Positions 14,534-27,427 of a stretch of DNA of 64,000 nt are shown piece after piece. The notes below the pieces were generated by a model that saw only the letters and a program-made list of their open reading frames with translations, searched no databases and was not told the DNA's origin. The translations under genes and the position numbers were made by a program. This DNA comes from Batkoa obscura (lineage: Eukaryota), in contig JASVEC010000019.1 in assembly GCA_030770535.1 (NCBI GenBank), positions 1 through 64,000 on the forward strand, read 5' to 3'. Numbering within the stretch: the stretch's first letter is position 1; every line of letters starts with the position of its first letter.

Positions 14534-14706
14534 ATGTATTACATTATATTAGTTCAAATAAAATCTATTTTATCATGAATTATTGCTTTAATTAAGATAT
14601 AAAAGCATATAAATATATCTTAAAATAAAGGTTATATACTTAGAACACTACTTTCAAATCATCTATTTATTTGAATAAAAAAAACTCCTTTAATTCACTC
14701 ACTTTC

Positions 14707-16687
14707 CTAAGGAGCACAACGATCAACGAATCTAGGATAAAGACAACAATCTCTGACAGTCCATTGATTTAATAACCAAGCTAAGATACGTTCAACTCCT
14801 AAACCATAACCACCATGGGGACAAGAACCATACTTTCTAACATCATTGTACCAATAATAAGGAGCAGGATCAATACCTTCTCTTTTAAATCCAGCCATTA
14901 ATTCTTCTAAATCTTCAATTCTCATACTTCCACCTACAATTTCGCCTACATTAGGCATAAGAATATCTACTGATTCCGTCAATCTTTGATCATGTTTAGT
15001 TTTTCTCATATAAAACGATTTGATTTCTACTGGGAAATGACATAACATTATTGGTTTACCAATTTTATCGACCATAGCACGCTCTGGGGCTTCAGGTATA
15101 TCATCGCCAAATTCATAGAATGTTTTACTTTCTTCATCTTTATAAATTTTGTTTTCTTTTAAATATTCTAAAGCATCAGTATATTCCATTCTCATAAAAG
15201 GTCTTGATGGTTTTTGGAAGTTTGGATTTAATTCTTTAATAATTTCACTAGCTTCTTTATCTTCTAATATTTTATCAATTGTTGAACAAATTAAATCTTC
15301 AATATGTTCTAATAAATCATCAAAAGTAATGAAGGGTAATTCAGCTTCTAAATGGGTATATTGAGATAAATGACGTCTAGTATTAGACTTTTCGGCTCTA
15401 AAAGAATCTGCAATACAATATGTGTTTCCTAATGAAGCTAAACAAGTTTCTAAATAAAGTTGGGAAGTTTGTGTCAAATATGCTTTTGACCATAATAATC
15501 TAATGCAAATAATGTGGATCCTCCTTCAACTTGAGTTTGTACTAATGATGGTGGATTGATTTCATAAAACGATTTTTCTTCAAATGTTTTACGGAAACAA
15601 CTTAATAATTTGGAACGTACTTTTAAGATTGATGATGCTTCTTTACTACGAATAACTAAATGTCGTTTATCTAATCTTAAAGATGGTTCTGAATCCTATA
15701 TTAATTTAAAGTTAATTTGAACATTAGCATATTAGAATTCTTCATTTTTACTTACTTCAGTAACTTGATTAGTAAAAGCATCATCACCAGATGGGGCCTT
15801 TGAAATCAATTCCCAATAATCAGCAACAAGTTCATGATTACCAGGGGCCTAAAAAATGATTATTACTATTTACAGATAGAAAAACAAACTCTGAATTTAC
15901 CTTTTTACCCTCTGGAAGTTCAGTAATAACACCATAAATAGTCACAGTAGATTCAAGGGTAAGAGTGATAGCATCAAAAGTATGACACTTTATAAAAAGA
16001 GTTAATTTTAATTAAATAATAAAAATAATAAACTAAAATTACCAATCTATTAGTCAAAACACATTGTAAAAAGCCTGAACCATCACGTAATTCAACAAAC
16101 ATCATATCTTTACCTTTAACATGAAGACGATGTACCCAACCAGATACCTTGATTCTTTTACCACGATTTTCAGTACTTTGACGGATTTGAATCTATTTAG
16201 AAAGCGGATATTAGCATCTCTTACATAATTTGATCAAAGCCAAAAACCCTTACTCTATTAGCTTTTTCCAAAGATTTGTCTTCTTCTAAAGTAACTTTTT
16301 TAGCTTCTTCCATCTTTTTTTGTAATTGCTCTGCTTTTAATTTATCTTGTTCAGCTGACTTTTCAGCTTGTTCTAATAATTTTTTGGCCTTTTTTTGATT
16401 TTCTTCTGCCTTCTTTTTAGCCTTCTTTAATGCAGCGCCTGAAATGGGAGCATATTCTTCACCTTCAACTTTGATTACGAAAATACTTAAATCATTCCCA
16501 AGTTTTTCAAAGGCTTGGACAGCGGATTTGAAAGGAGAGTCTTTGCTACCAGTACCTGTGGAATCAGAGCCACTATGTTCGTTGACGTAAACTATAGAGA
16601 GAGAGAAAAGGTTACTTGTTGAATAGGAAGAAGAGTATAAACGATATTACCTTCTTTAAGTTCAGTTGGTTTGGCTGAATCAGACAT
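14707..16687 (-). CDS. DED81: Asparaginyl-tRNA synthetase (cytosolic)
   Basis: GWVHRL OB-fold, QTQVEGGSTLF, FRAEKSNTRRHL, GGYGLGVER, YPRFVDRCAP; multi-intron; one 1-nt deletion in a T-run at ~15485. Confidence 0.92.
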
Positions 16688-16988
16688 ATGTTTAATCTGA
16701 AGAGAAATTTTAATTATAAATAGATTTCGAATATTTTTTATACATATTTATAGTATTTTATAATGTACACTTACCAAATTGATGACAATAAAAGATCAAT
16801 AAAAGAATGAGAGGATGAGTCACCTTATTTTTAAAGCTATCAAAATTCCAAAATTGGACTTAAAATTTGGGATTTTTATAAAAAAGTTATTAGATTAAAA
16901 ACAAAAATTTTCAACTGTGATTAAAAAATATAAAATTGTGTTAAGTATTAGTCATAGCTTTTTTAAACTCTCAATCGCAGTTTACACT

Positions 16989-19159
16989 ATGAGCAATTTA
17001 GAAGAATTACAATCAAAATTAACCGAGCAAGCTAATTTGGTACGTTCCTTAAAAGCTGAAAAAGCTGAAAAAGAAAAGATAGATGCTGAAGTAGCTGTAT
17101 TAAAAGAGCTTAAAATTCAAATAGCAAAACTCACTGGAGAAGATGGTACTAGTGGTAAAAAAGGAAAGTCCCAATTGGTATTAAAAACACCAAAGGTAAA
17201 GTTTGATTACTTTATAAATTGTCTAATATGAAGGGAAGAACGTTTGAGTTTTCATGTTGACATTTTTTCTATAGGGTACTAAAGATTTTAATGAAAAAGA
17301 GATGGCTATTAGAGAAAAAATGTTTGAAACTATTATAAAAACATTTAAAAAACATGGTGGTGTAACTATCGATACTCCAGTATTTGAATTAAAGGTAAAT
17401 ATATTTATTTTTCTTTACTTTAAAAAAATAAGTATTTGTTTTCTTTATAAAATAGGAAGTCTTAACCAATAAGTATGGAGAGGATAGTAAACTTATTTAC
17501 GACTTAGAGGACCAAGGTGGGAAAAATGTTCTTTGAGATATGATTTAACTGTAAGTTTTTGTTATTTGTATTACAAACAAGCAATTTAAATTTTTTAATA
17601 TCTATCTTTCTAGGTTCCTTTTGCTCGTTATCTAGCAATGAATGGAAATTCAAATCAACAAATTAAAAGATACCAAATTGCTAAAGTTTATCGCCGTGAT
17701 CAACCTGCCATGACAAAGGGTAGAATGAGAGAATTTTATCAGTGTGTAGGTTTATTATTGACTAATATGATATTAATTAAATGATGATAATAATAGGATT
17801 TTGATATTGCTGGAAACTATGATAAAATGATACCCGATGCTGAAGTTATTAATATAATGATTGAAATTTTATCTGCTTTAGATATTGGTCAATTTAAAAT
17901 TAAAGTAAGTTTAATATATTATAATATTAAATCATTAATTGTTGTTATTTTAATTTAGATCAATCATCGTCAAATTTTAGATGGTATGTTTGCAGTTTGT
18001 GGTGTACCAGAAGATAAAATTCGTCCTATTTCTTCAGCTGTAGATAAATCAGATAAAGTAAGTTTATCATTAATTATTCAATATTATATTTATATTTGTT
18101 TACATAATTCATTATTATGTTTAGCTTCCATGGGAAGAAATCAAAAAAGAAATGGTGGAAGAAAAAGGATTAGATGCTAATGTTGCTGATAAAATTGGAG
18201 AATATATCAAGTTAAAAGGTAACTATAAACTATCTGTTATTATATTAATTTATTAATATGCTATTTATTTTTACAATTAAGGTGGTAAAGAACTATGTGA
18301 TAAATTACTTGCTCACCCAGAATTACCGACCAATTCACTTGCTAAAGAAGGGATTGAGAATATGGCTCAATTATTTGAATATTTAGAAGTATTTGGTGTT
18401 GCTGATAAAGTAATTAATATTCAAAAAAATTATCCAGATAATATAATTAACATTAATAATAATTATTTTAGATGTCTTTTGATTTAAGTTTAGCACGTGG
18501 ATTAGATTATTATACTGGCGTTATTTATGAAGCTGTACTTGAATTACCTGAAGAATCTGGTAATTTTTGTTTATATGTATTATTACTTTAAATCTTATAT
18601 TAATATTCTATTAATAGGTCCAGTAACTAAAAGCAAAAAATCTAAAGATAATAAAGAAGAAGAACAAACTAGAATCGGGTCCGTAGCCGCGGGAGGAAGA
18701 TATGATAATTTGGTTGGTATGTTCTCATCTAGTGGTAAAAAAGATTCCAATGTTAAAATCCCATGTGTTGGTGTAAGTATCGGAGTTGAAAGGGTGTTTT
18801 CTATTTTATTGAACAAAGCTAAATTGGATGATATAAAATCCAATTCCACACAAGTATATGTAATGTCTGTTAAAGATGGATTATTAAAAGAACGTATGGC
18901 CATTTCCAAAGAATTATGGAATCATGACATCCCTTGTGAATTTATGTATAAAATTAAACCTAAAATGCAGAATCAATTTAATGCATGTGATAGGGACCAT
19001 ATTCCTATTGCTGTTATTGTAGGTGAACAAGAAATTAAAGAAGGTATTGTTAAAATCAAAATGATGTTAGATAAAGACGAAAATCAAGGGGGTGGCATTA
19101 CTGTTAAACGTGAAGATTTGGTTGATGAAATTAAATCAAGGTTGGGTAAATTGAATTAA
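16989..19159 (+). CDS. HTS1: Histidyl-tRNA synthetase with N-terminal WHEP domain
   Basis: [61 protein letters not shown]; about 9 introns; 1-nt deletion in a G-run at ~17520. Confidence 0.95.
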
Positions 19160-19270
19160 ATAAAATTTTATCTTGATTTATTGGATTTTATGTGATTAAT
19201 ATAATCATTATTATCTTTTAATTTAATTATTAATTAAAAAGGATAAAAAAATATTATTACAAAATTAATG

Positions 19271-20780
19271 ATGTCATTTTAATACTTTTTGATCAATTGA
19301 ATCAATTGAAAATACAAGTATAAAAAAGTCAAATTAAAATCTATTTAAAAATCAAGAGTAAAGACAAAAAAGTTGACATTTAAAAGGAGATACAATATAT
19401 GAATGTATATCATGTAAACAATAATTAAAGTCACTCAATTTTTCAAAACTGCGATAAGATAAAGGAAGGAAATTAAGATTCAAGCTAGAGAATACATTAA
19501 ATGATCAAAATATTCAAGACAATTTTACAGATAAAGATCGCCTTATTTATTCCATAAATATAACATGATCCTAAATGTTATAATTGTATGTCGCAATCAA
19601 GGGCTCATTTACATTGTTTAATATATGAAAAAATAATGACATTGGATAAAGTTGCAAAAAATCAGCATCAATTTAATGATAAAGCAAGATGTTTAATTTG
19701 TGTGAAACAAAGGAACGAAGGATATAATTGTTTTGTTTCTGATAGTGATCATGATTATTCTTCTAGTTTGAAGATGATGGATGATACTAGTAATGTTAAA
19801 TCAAGTGAATTAAAATTGAATAATGAGAATCATGATTGGATTGTATTAGATGAGAAAGGTTTGTCAAGTTTTGTTGTTGAAGGAAGGATCCAAACAGTTA
19901 ATTATCGTGAGGACATAGTTGAGTTTCTTGGTTCCGACTTATCAACCAAGGATAATAAACATGAGCTTGGCCTAAAATCAAATCTAAATTATAGCGAAAG
20001 GGGTACAAGGAGTATGAATGAATCTATTGATGAGTCTAGAAATAGCACGAAAACAAAAAGCCATAAATCCATCTTTGATGATAGTAGTAATGAAGAGGAA
20101 GGGGATAAGAACCAGATAGAGCAGGGTAATGGAAACCAAAGTGTTGCTTATTATAATCGAAATAACTATAATTACGATAATAATTCACATTATAGTTCAA
20201 ATAGCCATAGCTATAACGGCAACCCTCGATCCTATAATACGAATCCAACTTTTAATAAACGATATACTCAAATCCAATCAGAAACTTAAATATGAATCCA
20301 TCACAGATAAAAATGAGGTATAAGCCTTATAAGCAAGGAAATAGGCCTATTCCACTAAGGGATTCTAATCGTAGAGGTCCTTCAAAATCACATATTATGA
20401 AATATGATTCGAATTATCGTCAAGGGTTGAAACTTCTTCCAAGAAGTAATACCCATCGAAGCTACTCAGAGCCTAATGATAGAGGATATGAATGCCTTTA
20501 TAGGAACAATAATAATGAACTTGGTTTTCGTTCGAGAAATAATGATATGGGTTAACATGAGCAACAATATAGTTCTCAACAAGGCATTAATTCTTCAACT
20601 TAAAGATAAATGGTTAATGAATAAGTGCAATTTGATATTAGTAAAGAAAATGCAGCAGAATATTCGGATATTACACCGGCTTCTGAAATGGACTATGATG
20701 ATCAAGTGAGTTTATAATGTGAAGCTAAAAGGGAATTTGGATAACTTGAAGAGTAAAGGCATTTGAAAAGTTGAAAATAG
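19271..20780 (+). pseudogene. Disrupted hypothetical gene with RING/PHD-like Cys/His motifs and an N/S/R-rich tail
   Basis: CISC...KCYNC...HLHC...CLIC; open core 19588-20289; the flanks read like coding sequence but contain in-frame TAA/TGA and frameshifts. Confidence 0.45.
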
Positions 20781-20787
20781 ATGATAT

Positions 20788-20886
20788 GGGGATGTATTTT
20801 TTTGTCTAAGAACTTTACTAACAATCTTTCTGCTCAAATAGCGCTTAAAAAATGGAGAAAGTAATGAAATCAAAAAAAACATCCCC
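20788..20886 (+). mobile_element. ~97-bp MITE copy
   Basis: GGGGATGT...ACATCCCC with ATAT TSD. Confidence 0.9.
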
Positions 20887-20983
20887 ATATGCTAAATAAT
20901 CCAATTTGTGTTTTTTTATTGTTTTTTTCGATATCATACTATTCTACATATTTTAATTTTTTATAATAAATGCCAATTTACAT

Positions 20984-21076
20984 GGACATGTCTTTTATTA
21001 TTAAGAATTTTATAAACGATTTTTCTACTTAATAACGCTTAATGGAAAAATAAATGAAACTAAAAAATACACCTTC
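20984..21076 (+). mobile_element. Degenerate MITE copy
   Basis: Diverged consensus match. Confidence 0.65.
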
Positions 21077-21171
21077 ATATATTAAACTTAAAAATAAATA
21101 AAAATGGCAATACTCAATTTAAAATACCTTCCATAACCTTTAATTTTCTATAAAAATCCTCCACTTTCAAT

Positions 21172-21633
21172 CTAATTATCTTTCTTCTTCAATCCCTCCT
21201 TCCTTTTTGCCTCCTCCTCTTTGACTCTATTAATCTTAGTTTGTGATTGATATTCCCAAATAATGTTCCCTGGAGTTTCTGTAGGGACTTTCATTTGTTT
21301 TGGGAACAACTCACCCATCCACTGTTTTTGACTATCTTCAAATAGTTTTGGACTCAATTCTTTTAATTTTTCGGCTGCTTCAACCATTCTATTATATTTA
21401 ATTGCTAACTTCTCCTTTTGTTTTTTGGAAACTTCAGCAGTATAAACGGACCATGCTTTATTAAGGACGGATTCTTGGGATTCAATGGAAGAGTCGGAGG
21501 GTTCACTAGGACGTAATGGGGCATCGAATAAGGCGCGACGGATAACATCATTTCTAGAATCACCACCTAAGGCATGACCTTTGGAAGGGATAGCGTAAAA
21601 TCTTTTGGTTATATTGAGGAGAGTTCTTTTCAT
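21172..21633 (-). CDS. Mitochondrial ribosomal protein mL40 (yeast MRPL28-like)
   Basis: Presequence MKRTLLNITKRFYA; YNRMVEAAEKLKE...LFPKQMKVPTETP...W motif. Confidence 0.75.
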   Translation of the reverse strand: MKRTLLNITKRFYAIPSKGHALGGDSRNDVIRRALFDAPLRPSEPSDSSIESQESVLNKAWSVYTAEVSKKQKEKLAIKYNRMVEAAEKLKELSPKLFEDSQKQWMGELFPKQMKVPTETPGNIIWEYQSQTKINRVKEEEAKRKEGLKKKDN

Positions 21634-22289
21634 TATTTTTTAGTTTAAAGATTGAAATTCGAAATTTGAAAATGGAATTGAAGTTATTTAATTTTTTAAA
21701 TTGTAAATTTTCTAATGGCTGAAATTTTTGCAAATGAGATTGCAGCTTCTTGGCTTTAAAAAGTGGAAGGTGGAGTGCTAAAAACTAGTGATAATGGGTT
21801 ATAAGAGTAATTATACTTTGACGCTTTTTTTATCTTTTGATTATTACTTATAGATATTGTTTTTAAGAGTTAATAATATTTTGACATAAATATTGAATGC
21901 TTATTCATTAGTGAATCAAGTATTTTAAATGAGCAATCTGGTTACATAAAAGAACATTAGATTAATAGAGATGAAGGAGTAAAATAGAATAAGGAAAATA
22001 ATAATAGTGTAAATAGTAACAGTTGCTAATACGGCCAATAACTCTTTTATTTAAAGCTTTTTTAACTTGTTAAATCATTATAAAGCAATGTCAATACGTA
22101 TATTCTAAATAGTTTAACTATTTACAATAATTTAATTAAAAATAGAAAGATTTTGACGAAAACAATATAAAAGAAGACATTATAATATAAATTAATACAA
22201 CGGCCATCTACCTATTTATTGTTAAAAAAAACAAAATAAACAGTTATTGATTTAAAATTCTACTAAAACACTATTATAAACACAATAAA

Positions 22290-23242
22290 TTAAATCAACC
22301 TATCCGTTTCGTCATCTCCTTCATCAATAGTTTTACCAAACCTTCTACCATTATTACGAGCTGCTCTTCTATTGGCATTTGAAAATCCAAACTTAACGTT
22401 TTTGGAATTACCTTGATTTAATAATCCACTTGACTCGGATAAATCCTCTTCTTCATCAGATAGAATCTCAATACTTGAATTGTTACTATTAAAATGAGCT
22501 GAATAAGCATTAAATAAATTATTAATTCGATTATCAACATTTTCTCTTAATGGTGGCATGGTACTATATCTATTAGTTGAAGTGGTAGTCTGTCGGGTGG
22601 AGGTGAGTGGAGTGGGTTGAGCTGGTAATGCGCCTGCCATACGAAACTGCTCCATTTCTCTTTGTTGGATTTCTGGATTTACAAGGCTGTTATTTAGCCC
22701 ATGGTATATTTTCTCAATAGCTAAATTGTATGCTTTTAGTAAATAGGAGTATACCAAAGTATAATAAAAATTGAAAATATCAATGATTCTCTTTTGATAA
22801 AGAATAATGGCTTCATCGATTCTTTTTTCTCGTCTCTTTAAATATACGCTGATATATTTTTCATAGAGATTCGATACTCCATTGCTGGAGGGAAGAGTAA
22901 TATACAATAGCATGACGATTTTTAACTCGTAATATAAGGGAAACCTAAACAAAAGATTACAATTAAAAATTATTATCAAATTTTAGTCGACTTACCAGAA
23001 AATTAACGTGTCTCCAATATATTGTAGAAAATTAAAACAAGCCATAACAACAAATAACTTTAAATAATATTCATAAGTTTCAAAAGGAATTTGGCGATCT
23101 TTAATCTTTAGTAATTTGTATAATTTATACGCTGGATATAGATTGCCTAGAAATAAACTGTTGGAGTTTAGAAGGATTAGTTGGTTCCATGAAGGAAAGC
23201 AGTTGATACTTACTTGATTAAATTACATATAAATTGATACAT
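22290..23242 (-). CDS. REEP/DP1/HVA22 (TB2) family ER-shaping protein
   Basis: LGNLYPAYKLYK...YFVVMACF...DTLIFWFPLYYELKIVMLLYITLP; 2 introns. Confidence 0.85.
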
Positions 23243-23475
23243 TTTTTAAAATAAATATTCTAAAAAAATTTAAAAAGTTTGAGTTTATTTTTTAATTTAA
23301 TTTTTTATTTTTATTGTTAAATGAGATCACTAAAGTTTGGATTCTCTTAGTTAAGTAATAGAAGCTTAAATCTAAATCCAAGTGGAGTTAATTAAAAATA
23401 GTAATAGTGGTATTTAAGAAGGAAGTATAATTTATTATATATAAAAAATGAACTAAAAATAATGGGATAATATTC

Positions 23476-24888
23476 TTAATATTTTGAAGTTTTTTGATAA
23501 ACTCTAATATAATCAATGATATAAGATTGCTTCCAAGTTTTATAATCTTCATTTGGATTATATTTAGCACCTGAAAAGAAAGTACCACCTACAGCTAAAT
23601 TTAATAACATAATAAAATCTTGATCCCAAGGTTGACCTAGTTTTGTGTAAGGTGTATTGTTATGCAATAAAGGAGATGTCCAATTTCTATTAGTTTCTAA
23701 TTGATATGTGAATCGATTATTAACATAAAATTTAATACTGTTTTCATTCCAATCTAAACCATAAATATTAAATTCATTAGCTAATCCTTCTTGAACATAT
23801 TGTAAATTAGAGTAAACGTTATTTGGCCATTGTCCACCATAATGAATAGCATGACCAATTTCATTTGGTTTTTGTCCACGTGATTCCATTATATCAAATT
23901 CACCAGATGCTGCCCAAGTACCATATTTATAATTGGAAGGTAACATCCAAAAAGCTGGCCATAGAAAATTACCGATGGGTATTTTAGCTTTCATTTCAAA
24001 TCTTCCATATTTCCATTTACCACCTTGATCCGCTCTAGTATGGATTCTTGCGGATCTTACTGCTTTTCTATTTGTACAAGCCCCACGTGCAATAGAATCT
24101 GGATCTGCGTTGCATTTATCATAGGGCATTAAAGCATACCCTTCAGGGGCTCTTATTGCTGTCATGATTAAATTTCCATCCTGTACTTTTAAAACATCAT
24201 CATGAGCTACATAGCATTGTTCTTCATCATTGCCACCACCCAAACAATTCACTTCAAATTCCCATTTATTTAAATCTAATTTATTGCCATCAAATTCATC
24301 ATTCCATACTAATTTATAATTTGAGGGTAAAGGAGGACTTTCTACTATGCCTTCTTCCGATTTTATAGGGTAATCTGAGGTACTATTAGTAGTATTTTTA
24401 CCACTATTGGTACTAGTACTGTTGCTATTAGCAGTGCCACTTTCAGTAATCATATCTTCTTTACCCTCCTCTGTTTCCGTTGATGTACTATTATTGTTAT
24501 TGCCAGCCTCATAACCTTTACTACCCTTAGAACATTCATCTTCCTCTAACCACTCATAATAGAAATCTTTATCTAATATATAACCACTCTTCCTTTGATT
24601 ACAATTTTCAAATAGTGGGACAAATTTAAAATTACTAGTATCAGTATCATTTTTCATTCCGTTTTTAGATGCTTCTTTAGTACCACTTTTCATTGTAGTT
24701 ACATACGCTCGATTACCACTTTTCCCTATTCCTAAACCATAGGCAGGGACTAATACCCTTTTATCCTCAATAGTTTGGTTTTTAGCTTTTGTTGAAGCAT
24801 TCGTAGTATTGTTTTGCAATGATTGTACTTGGGTTATTAATTGAATCAATTTAGGCACAGAAGGTATTTTCCAGTTAGACGTACTCAT
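23476..24888 (-). CDS. GH16 beta-1,3-glucanase (laminarinase-like) with long N-terminal extension
   Basis: WNDEFDG, GGGNDEEQ, WPAFWMLP, catalytic EFDIME, LNLAVGG, IDYIRVYQ. Confidence 0.9.
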   Translation of the reverse strand: MSTSNWKIPSVPKLIQLITQVQSLQNNTTNASTKAKNQTIEDKRVLVPAYGLGIGKSGNRAYVTTMKSGTKEASKNGMKNDTDTSNFKFVPLFENCNQRKSGYILDKDFYYEWLEEDECSKGSKGYEAGNNNNSTSTETEEGKEDMITESGTANSNSTSTNSGKNTTNSTSDYPIKSEEGIVESPPLPSNYKLVWNDEFDGNKLDLNKWEFEVNCLGGGNDEEQCYVAHDDVLKVQDGNLIMTAIRAPEGYALMPYDKCNADPDSIARGACTNRKAVRSARIHTRADQGGKWKYGRFEMKAKIPIGNFLWPAFWMLPSNYKYGTWAASGEFDIMESRGQKPNEIGHAIHYGGQWPNNVYSNLQYVQEGLANEFNIYGLDWNENSIKFYVNNRFTYQLETNRNWTSPLLHNNTPYTKLGQPWDQDFIMLLNLAVGGTFFSGAKYNPNEDYKTWKQSYIIDYIRVYQKTSKY

Positions 24889-26012
24889 TGTCCTTTATGA
24901 GATCTAAAGCAAATGAATTTAAGTTTATGATTATAAAGTTTAGGGATTTAGTTTATATATAATTTTGATTTTTTACATTTTACTCTTCAAATATTTGAAT
25001 CGTTTGGGTTGATTCAGTCAAGTTTAATGAATTTCTCAAATTTTATTGGTTCCTCTTTTTACGCTAAAAATTGATAAATTGAGTGACTTTATTTTTTCTC
25101 ACTTGATCGTTTGGATGCTTTTGTTACATTTTAAAAACAATAGTGGTTATAAAGATAAATATAAACATAATTCTATTATCTATTTTAATATATTAAATTA
25201 AAAAGCAATTGATGATGTTTCATAATAATCTATATTATTACTCTTTTTTTCTTAAATTTAGTAAATTTAGATTAAAAAAATATAAAATTATTAAGATATA
25301 AATTCAAATACTAATTTTAATAATATCTTAAATGCTATATTGCTTTATTATCTTTAATTTAGAAAGGTACTCATCATCCTTATTAACATGTCTTCTCATT
25401 CACCAATATTTCAGAGATTACCTGCGTTAAAATAATCCAATTTAAAGAAGTAGGCTCTAATTTATAACAATCATATAAATAAGAAAATTCTGACTTTAAA
25501 CAATTTTTAAATTTAAAGCTTGGATTAACTGATAAAAGGATGTTGGAAAAGTTATAAAGAAATTTGGGGTCTAACAAATGTTTTTTAATAGCCATTTTCC
25601 GTTTCTTATGTCGAAAAATTGAACACAATATTAACTTTTAAGTAAAGCCTGTCTACTTTTCATGACATATTTAGTTGATTTTACTAATAAATATTACATA
25701 TATTTTATATATAGCTTGGAATGCTACGTGTAATTTAATGTCATCATTCTATTTAGAAAAATAACTAAAATGAAAAATACGGAACTGTTTATCAGCATAT
25801 TTGTTCATATTGAAGAAACTGACAAGAGCCAGAATAATTATACTTAATAAAATCAGGACCATGGTAAGCTTTATCGCTATTCAACTTTGTAGGGCTATCT
25901 TAAAATTAATCAATAACTTAATAGAATCTTTACCATGCTTTAAAGTAAGTCAAACATCAAAGTTAGCTAATAAAGATTTGATAGCAAATTTAGTTAAATT
26001 ATTAATACATAT

Positions 26013-26103
26013 GGGGATTTATTTAAGAATTTCACTAACAATTTTTCCACTCAAATAGCATTTAAAAGATAGAAAAAGTAATGAAGCCAAAAAAAACACC
26101 CTC
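26013..26103 (+). mobile_element. MITE copy
   Basis: Consensus match with a small 5' deletion. Confidence 0.8.
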
Positions 26104-27427
26104 GTATATATACTTTAGGTGCAACTTCTTTATTTTTTTATCTAAAGTTCTCTTCGGAATAAAAGGTAGGATCAATATTAAAATTATTTTTTAGTGGTAC
26201 ATTTATATCCCCTTAAATATTACTAATTGGGGAAAAATTATCACTATTGAAATAATTATAAGCTAAGAGAAGAGATTTAAAGATCTATTTGAGTTATACT
26301 CTTATGACTGCTTTTTATGATGAATTATATTGATATTTCTTTTCTCTACATATATCATCAATATACGAAATTGCTCTAGAACACTTATAAATAGTTTAAA
26401 AAATTAATAATATAATACTATTAACTTATATAATCATTTGTTTATAATTTTGATATGTATAAAGGTTTTTTAAAGATTCCTTACATATTTTAATGCAACT
26501 TGGAAAATGATCGGAAGCTTTCAAAGGTCTTTTGTATTATAACCATCTTTTTGAACATATAAACAATAGCCTTTCACAGTTTTCTTTTAATTATTAATAT
26601 AAACTCAATCGTTTACTTCAAGGACATTTAAAAAAACTATAAAGAACGTTACTTGATTCCCACAGAATACTTGATTACATCATTTAACTTTTTTATTCTT
26701 TTGAAAGGCCTATAGTCCAAGTATTCTAATTACTATGCAGTTTTAATATCATGTCAAAACGTAGTAAAAATAAAGTTATTATACAAACTTAAGAATAAAA
26801 ATCCAAAAAATCGATAGTTGATTTTATTAAGTTAAAAAATGTACATGCTACTGTGCAACAACCTAAAAGAAATAGTCGAAAAGTAGCTGCTTGAAACTAT
26901 TTTAATACTAAACTGTAGCAAAGTAAAAGTATTTCTATTATAATTTAAAGTGAAATTAAATGTTACTCTTGGGTACAGTTATTAAATACTTTGATTTTTT
27001 GTATGTTATTTTAGCAATTAAGGGTATTTAAAAATCGCTATAAATAAGTGCCTAGCCTGCTCACCTATTTAGATGACTTTTACCCGTCTAAAACCTTAGA
27101 ACCTATTTAAGTTTTAGATGGGTAAAGGCTGTCTATATATCAGTTGAATTGTCGGTTGATCATTATTATCCAGTTTTTTAAAAATTAGACCAGGAATTCA
27201 GCATACACGGTTAGAGATATGTATAACAGATATTTAAAAAAACAATAATTCAATGTTACTATGAAAATTCTGGCCAATAAAGACAAAAAATTAAACTAAT
27301 CAACTAATTAATTGGCTTTTATAAAAGTAAACTGTGAAATTAATTTGTAACAGAAGGGGTTAAAAGTTAGACTAGAGTTAGATGTTTTTTTCGCTTCTCT
27401 GGATTTAAATTTCAAAAATCAACATAT

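Noticed and set aside
15149..15364. Antisense or alternate-frame ORFs overlapping real genes (394, 1197, 3618, 4609, 12325, 15149, 18595, 41252, 55379 etc.)
   Set aside because: Shadows of real coding exons.
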